A stretch of 64,000 bases of DNA from Octopus vulgaris. Its lineage: Eukaryota. Position 1 is the stretch's first letter. The number at the start of each line of letters is the position of its first letter. The stretch spans positions 20,770,001-20,834,000 of the forward strand of contig OX597831.1 of the NCBI GenBank assembly GCA_951406725.2. The letters run 5' to 3'. A program made the position numbers and the translations under genes. This document shows positions 12,200 through 26,279 of the stretch, one piece after another. The notes beneath the pieces were generated by a model. The model searched no databases and had not been told where the DNA came from. It saw nothing but the letters and a program-made list of their open reading frames with translations.

Positions 12200-13097
12200 T
12201 CCACACGCACACATACGTACGCGCACACTCGCAGGCTCGCGCACACACGCGTTTGCGCCGGTTCGCGCACGCATGCGCCCGCATGCACCTCGCCCTTGGA
12301 TCCGACGAGACCTCCCGCCCGTTCCTGGGATGTCGCGTGTCGTTGGGTTTTCCCACGCCCGTCTCCGCGGGACCACTCCTCCATCTTCCCCTCCGCTGGA
12401 GTCCTTTTCCTAAACCCCCCCCCCTTTTTTTTTTCGTTACACACACGCGCACACATATACACACATTGCTTAAACATATACCTCACTCTTACACACATTC
12501 AATCTACTCGCCACTAATACTACCACGACACTGGACACACACACACACTACCACTCAACACACGCTGGCACGCTACATACGCCCCCACCCCTTCCCCTCC
12601 CTCCCTTCCTCCTTCCTCCCTTTTCTCACTACTGACCTTTGTCTGCTATGCTGCTGCTATGCTGACCACCGTCTCGCCCTACCTCACACGCCTACACACA
12701 GACGCACACACTAACGCATACATATATTTTTTGTTTTTTTACCTCGCCTCACACACACACATACACACACGCACACGCACACACTCACACATACACACAC
12801 ATCTGTTGCGTTACCAACCTTGTCTCCACTCTTTTGCCTTTAAAAACCCACTTTGCTCTTGTTATCGTAAACATCCGCCTTTCACCATGTGCTTCTGCTA
12901 ACACCAGCCGTTTTTTCTCTATCTCCGTTGCCCGCTCCGGGATCTTTCTTTCCTCTCTCTTCCTTCTTTATGTTTCCGACGAAGAGCTCCGCTCGAAACG
13001 TCATACCTTCCTGCTTCCATTTCCTGAGCGCCTATTAATAATAATACTGTAATTGTTCCCTTGTTGTTGTTTTTTTGTTTCCCGTTTGGATTAAAAC
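12200..13097 (+). mobile_element. Penelope-like element 3' end (pseudo-LTR) riddled with CA-type repeats
   Basis: Hammerhead-like core at 12976-13002; tail TTCCTGAGCG..GTTTGGATT shared with 34440-34531 and 55030-55122; ends at (TA)n. Confidence 0.6.
12972..13006 (+). ncRNA. Minimal hammerhead-like motif (degenerate, U4C)
   Basis: CCGACGA-A-GAGC(TCC)GCTC-GAAA-CG-TC: stem II intact, loop-less palindromic stem III. Confidence 0.5.
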
Positions 13098-13238
13098 TAT
13101 ATATATATATATATGCATATATACAAACACACCCACACGCACACACCCAAAACCACACCCATACATATATATATAATTACAAAGTAAATAAGAAGAAACT
13201 ACAATAACAATAGGCGTAAGAAACTGATAAACACACAC

Positions 13239-13289
<51 letters not shown>

Positions 13290-13485
13290 CATATAAGTAT
13301 ATGTGTATATGTATAATATATGTTCGTTTGCATATGACTGTATTTGACTTATTCCATTTTTAGCGTTTGTCAATTTTGTTTTATCCATATTATGTATTTT
13401 ATTTCGAAAAAATTTATAACTACTTTCTATATCTGCAAACATGCAGGTGTACATGTAAAATACACAAAACCCTACGCAAACACAA

Positions 13486-13566
<81 letters not shown>

Positions 13567-13614
13567 TATAAATGTGTGTGTTTGTGTGTATTTACACACA
13601 TGTAAATACACACA

Positions 13615-13655
<41 letters not shown>

Positions 13656-14189
13656 ACATTTATATGTATGTACATCCGCGAGTATAAAATTATGCACGCG
13701 TTTACATGCAGGAATGGGTACAAAATAATTATATACACATGCATACACGCCCCTTCCATATGTATATATGTATTAGATATATATTATTGCATATAAAATA
13801 CAAATATATTTGCCTGTATATATGCGTACAGGTATACTGATATATGCATATGTATTGATATAAACGTATACGCATAGATATTCACATGTATATGTTTGTG
13901 TGTGTATTGCCTGTTTATATAGGCATAGGTATATGCCTACATCACGTCATTCAGTGTACCTATGTTTTCCCTCTTCCATGAGAGTTTTCAACGCATTCTT
14001 CTTTTACTCCATTGAAGTGCATCATTAGCGAGAAAATTTGTCATTAGAAACAGTGTACATATTTTTAACGTTAATTAGGGTCATTAATTAGTCGAACCTT
14101 ATGCTCAGAAGACAAAAAAAATTAAGACGACTGCTTCGTTAGACGTAACGATTAACCCAACCACCGAGTAAGATATTTGGTGATATGCG

Positions 14190-15384
14190 TCTCGTGGTTA
14201 CCGGCGGTGTATTGAATAAATATCACCACGACACACGATGAACTTAGCCTCCACTCCACAAGGTAGTGCTGCTGCATTATGAAGGCTCATTTAGTGTCGT
14301 CCCTGAAAACGTTGAGTGATGTGACATAAATCGAGGGAAATTCCCTAAAACGAGCAGAAGCTACATTAGGGTTGACGCTTCAGCCTCATCAACCGTGAAA
14401 ATATGGGCAAATGAACGTAGGAGGAGAAGAAGGAGCGAGTGACTTGAAGATGAACTAAGTTTTGACGTTCGGCAACTACTACCACCAAGAAAAACACTGA
14501 TCCTGTTCCCGAGATACTGATGAATGATAGGTGATTGACTATAAATCATATAGCTGATGCTGTTTGTCTATTTCGTGAGAAAGGTGAGAGTATTTTGCGC
14601 AATAAACGTCGCATGATAAAGGTTTGTGTTCGGAGGCTGCCCCTTCTTCTGACACCTGATCAAAAGTGCCAGAGGCTATTCACATGACAGAAAAATCTGA
14701 CGTTGTTTGAAGCAGATACAGCTGGCTTTTCTTTAACGTTTCCTAAGCCAGCCTAAGTGTTGGGTTCATCACTTTGAGGCAGAGACAAAGAGACAATCCA
14801 TGCAGTGTAAGCATCTCACCTCACATACTCCAAAGAAGATCAAGGTCGTTTCATCTGCAAGGGAGGTGCAAATGGCATTGTGTTTATTGACTATCTTCAA
14901 AAGGGCCACACCATCAATGGAGAGTACTATGACAACATACTGAGGCAATTACGAAAGGCTGCCAAAACCAAACATTTAGGAACCGGAGCAACCCTTTGCA
15001 ATCACCATCAATGCGTCTCTTTCCATTGGCACAATGCTGTAGCATGCAAGTCCTTGGTTTCAATTGCAGCTGTGCGTGAATATGGGTCTCAACTAGCTGA
15101 TCACTATTTATTTTCAAGATTCTTCCCCATCTGACTATCATCTGTTCCCCAATACTAGGAAACACTTGGCTGAGAACCATTATACCAGTGATGACAACGT
15201 CATATCTGCCATTGATGATCTTTTTCAACCACGGGATGTAAGATTCTTCGTAAAAGGGATCCGGGCGCCGTAACATCAATGGAAAAAATGTGAACGGCAA
15301 AGGCCAATATCTTGGAAACCCGTTTGGTGACATCCTTAAGAGTATTTTGATCAACGTCTGAACTTTTCCGCCAACACACCTGTA
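14190..15384 (+). mobile_element. Decayed mariner (Mos1/Hsmar-like) transposon
   Basis: LTPDQK, WVHHFEAETKRQSMQ, IDYLQKGHTINGEYY..LRQLR, PSDYHLFP, DNVISAIDDLF. Right end GAACTTTTCCGCCAACACACCTG-TA. Many stops. Confidence 0.88.
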
Positions 15385-15489
15385 TACACACACACACACG
15401 CACACACAGACATATACATATACACACACACATACACATATATGTACAGGGAGAAATTGAACTTGTTACATAGTGAGGTGAGACCACTT

Positions 15490-16330
15490 GTACTAAGCCC
15501 GTAAGTCAAAGAATTTCCTATGTATCAATTTGTTTTGAGTGGATAAAGTGTTGCAAAACTCTGGACCCATATATCATTGCAATCAGCATTAAAACCAGTG
15601 GCAAAACAGAAGCTGAGACGACTAGAAACTGACTGCTCTTTAAATTGTACCCAGGGTAGAATTACCTCCAAGTTACTGTTGTAGCTCTCGGTATTGTAGA
15701 GCAGTCAGAAAAGAAAAGTAAAATTAAATCCGGTTATACGAAGGGAACCTCAAATGACGTTATGCAAACGTCCAGCAAATGGACAAAAATAAATATTCTA
15801 AGTTGGCTAGCCACGTATGGATTTTGAAGACCAACTCCACACTACATACAGTCAAGTGGAAAACGTAGAGAAATCTATGCCATTTATCAGTGGATCTAAG
15901 AAATGCAAGTTATGCATAACTGAAAAATCACATATGAAAGAATTCCACCACACTGTCGAATTCAGAATCAGAAGTATTCAGCAAGTGTAAAAATATGGAT
16001 AAGTTTATCTTGTCGAATTGGAGGATCCCACCTTCTCTGTATTGAGCAGCTGTATTACAGGATTTGGGCACTCTCCGTTGTTTCAAGAACAACTAGACAT
16101 ATTATGGCTTTTCAGTCAAAGGTGACAGAACACTAATTCTCCCATTTTTTCTTTTATCCTTTCTGTTTCCCCTTTTCTCACCCCTCCACATTTTGCATCC
16201 AAAAAACGAATACAGGTGTAGTTCTTCATAATCGAACCTCACAAATACTTTCATTATCTTGACCGAGAAATGGGAGTAAAGTTGACCTGAGAAACGGGAG
16301 TCAGCCTTTGCAATCACTATCAATTTTTCG
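15490..16330 (+). pseudogene. Penelope-like GIY-YIG endonuclease C-terminal remnant
   Basis: WILK..TVKWK..PFISGSKKCKLCITEK..SNSESEVFSKCKNMDKFILSNW matches the W.LK..W..C.LC..EK..LN.RSE..C.H..KF.L pattern. Confidence 0.72.
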
Positions 16331-16361
16331 CTTCTAAAACTTTAATTTATAAATATAGATA

Positions 16362-16560
16362 AGCGCAGGAGTGGTTGTACGGTTAGAAGCTTGCTTCCTA
16401 ACTACATGGTTCAAGGTTCAGTTCCACTGTTTGACAGCGTGGGCTTGTGTTTTCTACTATAAACTCGAACCGACCGAAGAGTAAGTTCAGGGATGATTTG
16501 TTCGACTAAAGGCGGTGCTCCAGCATGGCTGCTGTCAAATGACTGAGACAAGTAAAAGAA
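16362..16560 (+). mobile_element. tRNA-derived SINE, family B (internally deleted)
   Basis: Head GCGCAGGAGTGGTTGTACGGTTAGAAGCTTGCTT..GGTTCAGT; tail GGCGGTGCTCCAGCATGGCTGC..GAGACAAGTAAAAGA. Confidence 0.75.
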
Positions 16561-16591
16561 TGTATGTATATAAAACTGGCACTCCGTCGGT

Positions 16592-16710
16592 TACCAAATC
16601 CACTCACAAGGCATTGGTCGGCCCGGGGCTATAGCAGAAGACACTTGCCCAAGATGCCACGCAGTGGGACTGAACCCGGAACCATGTGGTTGGTTAGCAA
16701 GCTACTTACT
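16592..16710 (-). mobile_element. SINE family B 5' part
   Basis: Reverse complement of the head seen at 43329 and 59790. Confidence 0.8.
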
Positions 16711-16744
16711 CTGTAACTTCTGACGAAATGACTTCTAAAATACA

Positions 16745-17190
16745 AATTTTTGTCCAAAGCGTTAATAGTAAATAAACCCTGTTGCATGTGACACATTCTA
16801 TCAGTATCGGGAGTTTGAAAGTGTTAAGTTAAAAAAAAATATTATTAAATGATCTGTGCGTCTAATTGAATAGATCCGAAGTGGATGAAAGGTAAAGTCG
16901 ACCTCGACGGAATTTGAACTCAGAACGGAAAGACAGACGAAATACCGCCTCTAGAATAGGACACTTTTTTTCCAAAACTTTAAGAGCAAACCCTGGTCTA
17001 TGTGATACATTCTACCAGTATCGGAGGTTTGAAAGTGTTTATTAAAAAAAAAAAAAAAAAAATTAATGCAAAATGTGTACGTCAAAGTCGACCTCGGCGA
17101 AATTTGAACTCAAAAACGTAGAAACTGACGAAACATAGTTTGGAATGTCATAAGGTGGGCCAACGTTTCTGCCAGCTCGTTATCCTGGGC
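16745..17190. repeat. ~215-bp tandem duplication containing family A SINE fragments (minus strand)
   Basis: TCCAAA..AAACCCTG..ACATTCTA.CAGTATCGG..GTTTGAAAGTGTT..A-run followed by AAAGTCGACCTCG..ATTTGAACTCA, present twice. Confidence 0.7.
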
Positions 17191-17990
17191 AGTAAGCATT
17201 GATTTTAGAAGTATATTCATATATATTCATATATAGTCTTATAGCTGAAGCGTTATTCCTTTACTCTCTTACTTACTGACGGGAAATTTCGTAACATTTA
17301 CCTCATAACTCTTTTTCTACTAAATTTTGTTCAATGCGACGAGTGATTCTGAATTCCCAATACATTTTTCTATCATTTAAGCCTAAGAAAGGCATACTTT
17401 TAATTTAAAATTAAAAAAAAAAAATTATGTTAATTGAAGATGAAAATCTGCCTCTTGAGGTCGCAGATATTTTGATGTAACTTTTTTTCTACTGAACCAA
17501 ATCTTATAACTATTTATGCCAAAGTATGGCTGAGGTGTCCTCTTCAAGACTATTAACAGTTTGCAATTTAGTTGAGAACTGAATTAGTAGCGAAGCTTGG
17601 AAGTTGCTGCGATTGACGAATTGGTGGACTTATGAATATATTCAACCACTACCGTGGTTGAATGATATATACATGCACACGCGCACACACACACACCCAC
17701 ACACCCACACCCACACACGCACACACACACACACATACATACACACATATATATACATATATATATTTATACATATATATACATAAATGTGTACATATAT
17801 AAACATATGTATATATATATATATACATATGTTTATATATACACATGTATGTATATATATGTATAAATATATCTATACATATATATACATACATGTGTAT
17901 ATATAAACATATGTATATATATATATATATATATACATATGTTTATTTATACACATGTATGTATATATATGTATAAATATATCTATATCA

Positions 17991-18056
<66 letters not shown>

Positions 18057-18513
18057 ATATATTCGTATATACATACGCACAAAGCTGTATATGTATATTA
18101 TCTAAGTATATCTTTATATAAATGTGCTGCATTCATTTTGCATTTGTGTTTTCACTTATATGTGCATTCACACACACCACACACGCACCTCACCGAGTCA
18201 CACCACACAGATCTACACCACATTACAATACATGACACGTGACACCAATCAAAGATAAGTTATGTTTGAAGAAAGTTAGACAGCTGTTGCTTTAGCCAAA
18301 TATATTTCTGCTGCCCCGACAACCACTACCAACACAACTCACGTACTATCTCGTCGTCATTCACGTCCTTTGATATCTAAAATGACTTACAATTTAAAAT
18401 GATGTTTTAAGAATCAGATGAGGCGAGATATTAAATGCATTACAGAAGTCGTTACTTTCTGTACTTTCTTCCAATTTTCTGTAACTTGTTTTCTGTTTCA
18501 ATATAGAAGTCTG

Positions 18514-18618
<105 letters not shown>

Positions 18619-18659
18619 ATCTGCCTGTACACATACACACACTTATATGCATACACACA

Positions 18660-18701
<42 letters not shown>

Positions 18702-18969
18702 TATATATATATATTTGTATATATATACATATACATTAATATATACCTTAATGTGTACATAGTTATATTTGTATGTGTGTTTATGTTTTTATGTACATAT
18801 ACTTGTATTATATATGTGCACATGCACACATACATACATATATATATATATATATGTATATATACATGTATATATATAAAAATGGGTATATATATACATA
18901 TATATGTATATATACATATATATATATGTATATATATATGTATATATATAAATGTATGTATATATAAAC

Positions 18970-19035
<66 letters not shown>

Positions 19036-19238
19036 ATATATATACATTCTTATATTCACATCTGTGTCTGTCACCTCGAGAACAGCAATGTGATTCCGCT
19101 GCTGTTTGGGTGAATCGATCAAACATATAATTTATAAAAGTAAAGGTTGGTCTACTCTTATAATAGAAAAGGAAATCAGCTAGCGTGAAATTATGTATGC
19201 GTGTGTATATACATACATACATACATATATAAAATACA

Positions 19239-19272
<34 letters not shown>

Positions 19273-19674
19273 CAATATATACATACACATATGTGTATAT
19301 ATATATATATGTGCATATATAATGTATATTGATGAAATATTGCTGCTGCTGCTACTACTGTTACTACTACTGCTGCTACTACTGTTACTACTACTACTAC
19401 TACTACTACTGCTACTATTACTACTACTACTATTACTATAACTGCTACTACAACTGCTACTACATGGTGGGTGAATATACTTGAAACGAAGGTGTATATG
19501 TATATGTATATATATCTGTATATATATGTATGTATATGTATATGATAAATGTGCATATGTGTTGATGCACACACATATGTAAATATGCCGACAGAAAAAG
19601 AAATATATCACATATCTAATTTTTATACATTTGTCCACCCATCCCACAAATATATATATATGTGCGTATGAATA

Positions 19675-19745
<71 letters not shown>

Positions 19746-20126
19746 GTGTGTGTGTGTGTATAGTTATGTATTCAATTGCCCCGTAAATATTGAAGACTAT
19801 AATGGGATAAAATTCTGAAAAAAGTAAAATAATTGAAAAATTCTCATAAGAGATGAGAAATGTCACAATAAAATATAGTTGACGGAAAAACAATGAATAT
19901 ATTCCGATGATGTTATAAGCTAAAGAATTCCGATACTCGATTTTCGATATTCGCAATCCTATATGGAACCGTCACAGGATCTGCATTCATACAGTCATCA
20001 CTAGGCCTGGCTTTGTGATTAAGAACTTCGATCCTTAATCCGGTGGCTGGTATTTATCTTTTATATTTTGTTTCTTTCTGTCATTAGAGGCACTTTCTTG
20101 AAGTGCTAGTCGAAGAAATCGATCTC

Positions 20127-20177
<51 letters not shown>

Positions 20178-20537
20178 GAGATATATATATATATAGAGAG
20201 AGAGAGAGAGGGAGACAAACAGAGAGAGAGAGAGAGAAAGAAAGACAGAGACAGAGAGACAGAGAGACAGAGAGACAGAGAGACAGAGTGTGGGGACAAA
20301 TAGGGTAGACCTCAATATCGATGGAAACAGAAAAGTGTATTTATTGAATGATGCAGTTATGGAGACTCAAATATAAGACTTGAAGTTTCTTTTAAAAGAT
20401 AAGACTTTCGCCTCATTTCTTCAGCTATCACAAGCCTGTTCAACAGGCTAACAACAACTGAAGGTGTACGGAAGTTACCTAATTATTAACACAGAACATT
20501 AACGTCCTGTATACGAGTATCCATAACTGCATCATTC

Positions 20538-20736
20538 TATCTACCTACCTACCTACCTACCTACCTACCTACTTACCTACCTACCTACCTACATACCTAC
20601 CTACCTACCTACCTACCTGTCTACCTACCTATCTGTCTACCTACCTACCTACCTACCTACCTACCTACCTACCTGTCTACCTACCTACCTACCTACCTAC
20701 CTACCTACCTACCTACCTACCTACCTACCTACCTAC

Positions 20737-20797
<61 letters not shown>

Positions 20798-20810
20798 AAT
20801 CTATCTATCT
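20538..20810. repeat. Compound (CCTA)n-(TCTG)n-(TCTA)n microsatellite
   Basis: Direct reading. Confidence 0.95.
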
Positions 20811-21425
20811 TTTTATCTTTCTATTACTCTCTCTCTCTACACACACACAAACACACACACATATATACATATAACTATATACACAAATGTGTATATATAT
20901 AAATATCGCAGTCTACCACAAAATTTCCGTCTTGTAAATTCTCTCACAAGGCATTAATTGGATTGGGGCTATGGGGCTAAGGTAGAAAACATCCAATTTG
21001 CAAAGCAGTGATGTTTAATGGGAAACGAAGTGGTTGCAAAGTGAGCGTCTAAACAACAGAGCTGTACTTTGTGTAAAAAATCATGGGAGTATGTTTAAGA
21101 ATTACAAGTGGACTCAGGTGGTATCCTAAAGCTAACAAGATTATCTATGTTAGATTTTTCTCTACATTGTTTTTGATTATACAATGGAAATAAGTAGAAC
21201 AATAATTATAGCGATACTAAAAAGAACGATAACAGTAAAATAGTTTGGGATCAACATATGTCAGTTGACACTGTCAGTTGCAAAAATAGCAATCCACAGT
21301 GCAATATCGGTTGTCTAGCATGTATAACTACTTACCTACCTACCTACCTACCTACCTACCTACCTACCTACCTACCTACCTACCTACCTACCTACTACAT
21401 ATACAAGCATATATAAATATATATA

Positions 21426-21536
21426 TCGACGCCATGATAGATCGTTAGCCACTACACACATTTTTTCTCTCCTTGTTTCTCTCCTTGTTTTTTCTGTGTA
21501 CCTTTCTGTAGAAGAGCGTAGGCTCGAAACGTAAAA

Positions 21537-21540
<4 letters not shown>
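21426..21540 (+). mobile_element. Short Penelope-like pLTR fragment with hammerhead-like motif (21502-21536)
   Basis: CTTT-CTGTAGA-A-GAGC(GTAG)GCTC-GAAA-CG-TA-AAA; near-identical to 34318-34433; flanked by TA repeats. Confidence 0.65.
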
Positions 21541-21599
<59 letters not shown>

Positions 21600-21647
21600 A
21601 ATATATATGAAAGAAGGTTTGAAAATGCAATTTTAAAGATGTTTATT

Positions 21648-21690
21648 CACTTGACCGGTTTCACTTTTTTAGAAAAAGATTGTCAAAAGT
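21648..21690 (-). ncRNA. Type-I hammerhead ribozyme, U3-A8 core variant
   Basis: Minus strand ACTT-TTGACAA-TCTTTTT(CT)AAAAAAGT-GAAA-CCGG-TC-AAGT. Confidence 0.65.
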
Positions 21691-22099
21691 AAAATGGGAA
21701 GATTTGTAAAAACTTTGTTGCGTTAAGTACTGGTTGTCACAAAATATTACAATACATATATACATTCTCTCATAATAATAAGAAAATGTTAAAAACAGTT
21801 TACAAGGAAATATCTTGAGAAAATATTAAACAAAAATTTCAGAAAAATATATTAGGATTTCATTAAAAATCATGTTTGTTTGGAAGTATCTATGTATATA
21901 CACAGAAAAGTATTAGTTCAAAAACAGTCATATATGGTAGTATATATATATACATAGAAGGAAATATATTTAGGAGTTTACAAAGAATTTGAGATGAGGT
22001 CATATATTAGGATTACAGTTTCTAATGAAATCCTAATATATTTTTTGAAATTTTTGTTTAATATTTTCTCAAGATATTTCCTTGTAAACTGTTTTTAAC

Positions 22100-22138
<39 letters not shown>

Positions 22139-22219
22139 GAGAGAATGTATATATGTATTGTAATATTTCGTGACAACCAGTACTTAACACAACAAAGTTT
22201 TTACAAAGCTTCACATTTT

Positions 22220-22262
22220 ACTTTTGACAAACTTTTTCTAAAAAAGTGAAACCGCTCAAGTG
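22220..22262 (+). ncRNA. Type-I hammerhead ribozyme, U3-A8 variant (stem III mutated)
   Basis: ACTT-TTGACAA-ACTTTTT(CT)AAAAAAGT-GAAA-CCGC-TC-AAGT. Confidence 0.55.
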
Positions 22263-22459
22263 AATAAACATCTTTAAAATTGCATTTTCAAACCTTCTTT
22301 CATATAAATTTCCACTCGTGTGGTACCTTACAATTTCACTTTGCTATCTACAAATATATATATACATATGCTACATATCAGAGGAGGTTTCAAGCAGTGA
22401 AAATGTAGTACAGCAAACAGCGGTGCCCTGATCATTCGCAACTCTCTAGCTGAAATTAG

Positions 22460-22503
<44 letters not shown>

Positions 22504-22870
22504 ATGTGTGAGTGTGTTTATGAATGTGTATGTGTGTGTGTGTGTGTGTGTGTGTAGCTGAAATCTACAGAAAACAAAACATGGAGACAGGCGAGGGAAC
22601 AAAAAGCGAGTGTATTTGTTTGACTCACGGGAAGAGGGGAAAAGGTTTTGACAATTCGAGTCTGCGCTCCTTGACAGAAAGTATTGAGAGGGAAAATGGA
22701 GAGAAAAGGAGAAAAAAAGAAAAAAAAAAAAGAACACAAAGCAGAGAGAAAATAATGTATAGGGAATAACGGTTCAACATGATGAAAAATATATATACAT
22801 ATATCTATATATGTATATATTAGTGAATTGAAGAAATGGAGTTGAACGAAGATTGAACAGAAATCGTTTT

Positions 22871-22961
22871 ATTTCATTCTACACGTGTTTCGAAAGGCAC
22901 AATTTACCAAATTCCGATTGAATAATGAGACCATATTGTGTCTTTCTCTTCAGGAAGAAAT
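22871..22961 (-). ncRNA. Type-I hammerhead ribozyme with long stem II (mirror copy)
   Basis: Exact reverse complement of 23131-23221. Confidence 0.8.
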
Positions 22962-23130
22962 AGGAAATCCGTTGGAAAAAACAAAAACAGAACAGAGGCG
23001 GAGCAAAACAAATCGAACTAGGCTCCTAAGAGCCCATGGCCAAACAGTTTGGCCATGGGCTCTTAGGAGCCTAGTTCGATTTGTTTTGCTCCGCCTCTGT
23101 TCTGTTTTTGTTTTTTCCAACGGATTTCCT

Positions 23131-23221
23131 ATTTCTTCCTGAAGAGAAAGACACAATATGGTCTCATTATTCAATCGGAATTTGGTAAATTGTGCCTTTC
23201 GAAACACGTGTAGAATGAAAT
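23131..23221 (+). ncRNA. Type-I hammerhead ribozyme with long stem II
   Basis: ATTTCTTC-CTGAAGA-GAAAGACACAAT..ATTGTGCCTTTC-GAAA-CACGTG-TA/GAATGAAAT; predicted cleavage after A23212. Confidence 0.8.
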
Positions 23222-23433
23222 AAAACGATTTCTGTTCAATCTTCGTTCAACTCCATTTCTTCAATTCACTAATAATATTAAAATTCAATTTTCCGCACCA
23301 ACGCACGGTTGCAACACCATATGGTTGTACCTCCAACCGTGCTGTCTTCTGCTGTGATTTTTGCTACCAAGGTATCGGTTAAACTTTTGATTAATCTGCA
23401 ACAAGATTATTCATCTTTCTATTTCACATAATA

Positions 23434-23487
<54 letters not shown>

Positions 23488-23683
23488 CACGAATGTACGT
23501 AACACACACACAACGGGCAGATATAACTCAACATGAAGTACTCGCCTTTATATTTCATATTCTGTAAGGTATATGCAACATTAATAAAATATACGCATAC
23601 AGACACACTCACACACATGCACGTACGCACACAAACGTACACACAAATATTTACATAAATGTACATATATATATACATACACA

Positions 23684-23733
<50 letters not shown>

Positions 23734-23828
23734 CATAATATATACGTGCATGCATGTAGATATTTACTATGGAATCACATTTAAAGATTCGCTAACTACT
23801 GAAGATAATGATAATGTTCCTGATGATG

Positions 23829-23893
<65 letters not shown>

Positions 23894-24367
23894 GATGATG
23901 ATGATGAGAATAATAGCAATAGGCTAGAGGACAATTTAGAATGCAAAGCATTAAAAACGTTGGTGATGGATGATGTGATAGCTTTATTCTGTCATGTTGT
24001 AATTTCAATAGACCGTTGTATATCTCAGACAGATCGTCGTGTGATGGGAAGATGACCTGTTGGATAGTAAGGATATTGAACCAGCAGTCAATGTCGGAGT
24101 GAGGCTGCTTTAATTAGCTGGGCAGACTGGCAGATGCGTCTACATACCGTATACATGTACATATATATATATATTGGTGTGTGTATGTGTGTGCGTGTGT
24201 GGGCGTGTATATATGGGCGTGTATACATATATATACATATATATATATGACGGTGTGCGTGTGTGTGTGTGTCTGTTTGTTTTTGTGCATGCACAAGCAT
24301 ATATCTATAAAGAAAAGATCTAGAGAGGTGTAAAAAGGGTCGGATGGAGGGACAGACACTCACATGC

Positions 24368-24399
<32 letters not shown>

Positions 24400-24536
24400 G
24401 CACACACATACACACACATACACACAAAATATATACATATATATATAACTGTGCGTATGAGTGAGTGTGTGTGTCTGTGAGTGAGTTTGTGAGTGAGTAT
24501 GTATACAAATGCAATACGTATACACACACATGCATA

Positions 24537-24611
<75 letters not shown>

Positions 24612-24799
24612 ATATGTGTGTGTGTGTGTATGTGTATGCAAAGAGAGGGAGAAAGAGAGACCGATGAATGGAAGCGTATACAGATACAAAAAGTGTTGTT
24701 TGATGGTTTGATGGATAGATGAATGGGTAGATACATAGACTAAAGAATTGTTTGTCAGATAGGTAGTTCGACACCCAATTTGACGACCAGGTCGCATAC

Positions 24800-24876
<77 letters not shown>

Positions 24877-25106
24877 ATGTATGTGTGCTTGTGTGTGTAT
24901 ATGTATATACACACATATGCATGTGTGTCTGTGTATTCATTGGTTGTCTGTGTATGACGATAATATTTAATTAAGGTATTCTAGTTTCGGGGAATTTTGT
25001 GACATGCACACGCAGGCAATTCACACACACATATGTATAACGTTGTATACCGTATTATATATAATCACATATAAATGTGTATATATAAATGTAGGTATGT
25101 GCACTT

Positions 25107-25149
<43 letters not shown>

Positions 25150-25152
<3 letters not shown>

Positions 25153-25462
25153 GATAAACGTCGCCCTTTTCAAGCCTAGCCAGGCTCATAGGCCCGGTTT
25201 CCCGGTTTCTGTGGCGTATGTGTTCCCCCAGCTGGACGGAACTCAAGTCCATCACAGTGTTACTCAAGAAACAGGAAGAGAGAGAATGAGAGAAAGTTTT
25301 GGCGAAAGAGTACAACAGGGGTCGCCACCACCCCCTGCCGGAGTCTCGTGGAGCTTTTAGGTCTTTTCGTTCAATAAACACACAAAACGCCCGGTTTGGG
25401 AATCGATACAGCGATCCTCCGACCGCGAGTCCGCTGCCCAAACCACTGGGCCATTGCGTCTC
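25150..25462 (-). mobile_element. tRNA(Arg)-like SINE, family C
   Basis: Head GACGCAATGGCCCAGTGGTTTGGGCAGCGGACTCGCGGTCG..TCGATTCC; 3' part GAAACCGGGAAACCGGGCC shared with 31008-31475. Confidence 0.75.
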
Positions 25463-25655
25463 ATATATATTTCATATACATTTCATATACATTTCAGCTG
25501 GCTATAGACACACTTTCTGTCACACACACTGTCTCTGTCTTCCTGGGGCTGCAAACTACAGCAGCATCCACCCTTAGGGGTTAGCCATATTCAAATGGCA
25601 AATATACGTCACGATGTGTTACCGCTACTGTTTATAACTCGCTCTGAGATTTATC

Positions 25656-25723
<68 letters not shown>

Positions 25724-26156
25724 CAAATATATACGTGTCTGTGTTTGCATGTGTGGATGCGCACAAACAAACAAAAAAGGAACGCAGTGGACAGAGTGAG
25801 GACTATTGAAAATGTTGCAAGACGCAACGAAAGTTTTAAGAAAATAAAAATAAGAAGTAAGTGGAAATTTCCCCGGTGAATGTGTTAAATTATAAGGCAC
25901 AATAAGAAAATGACTCTCCCTCATATATAGATATGTGTTATCGTTCCTACAAGAAAGCAGGCGCCTTACAGTCTATGTCATATGTAAGAATTAGCGGGCG
26001 CCAGTTTTACGCATTTGCATACTAGTTCATTCACTGGCTACGTGCATTATTAATTAGTAATTAAAATAGAGTGTTGTTAGAGTTTCATGTAGAAAAAGTG
26101 TGAATAATTTCATATATGTATGTTAAATTGATATCCTGAATCTATCTATCTATCTG

Positions 26157-26245
<89 letters not shown>

Positions 26246-26246
26246 A

Positions 26247-26279
<33 letters not shown>

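Larger units (their letters stand above)
21604..22353. mobile_element. Inverted-repeat element (arms ~21604-21869 and ~22019-22306) with a right-side tail
   Basis: Arms are reverse complements apart from a few substitutions and an (ATT)n expansion; embedded in TA repeats; one hammerhead per arm. Confidence 0.85.
22818..23428. mobile_element. Perfect palindrome 22818-23274 (228-bp arms, 1-nt spacer at 23046) plus ~150-bp tail, in TA repeats
   Basis: Identical 85-aa ORFs on both strands (22885-23142+ and 22950-23207-); centre GGCCAAAC-A-GTTTGGCC. Confidence 0.93.

Noticed and set aside
22885-23207. Identical 85-aa ORF on both strands
   Set aside because: Trivial consequence of the palindrome; GTG start and no motif.
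23800-23960. Acidic poly-Asp ORF
   Set aside because: (GAT)n microsatellite with non-coding flanks.
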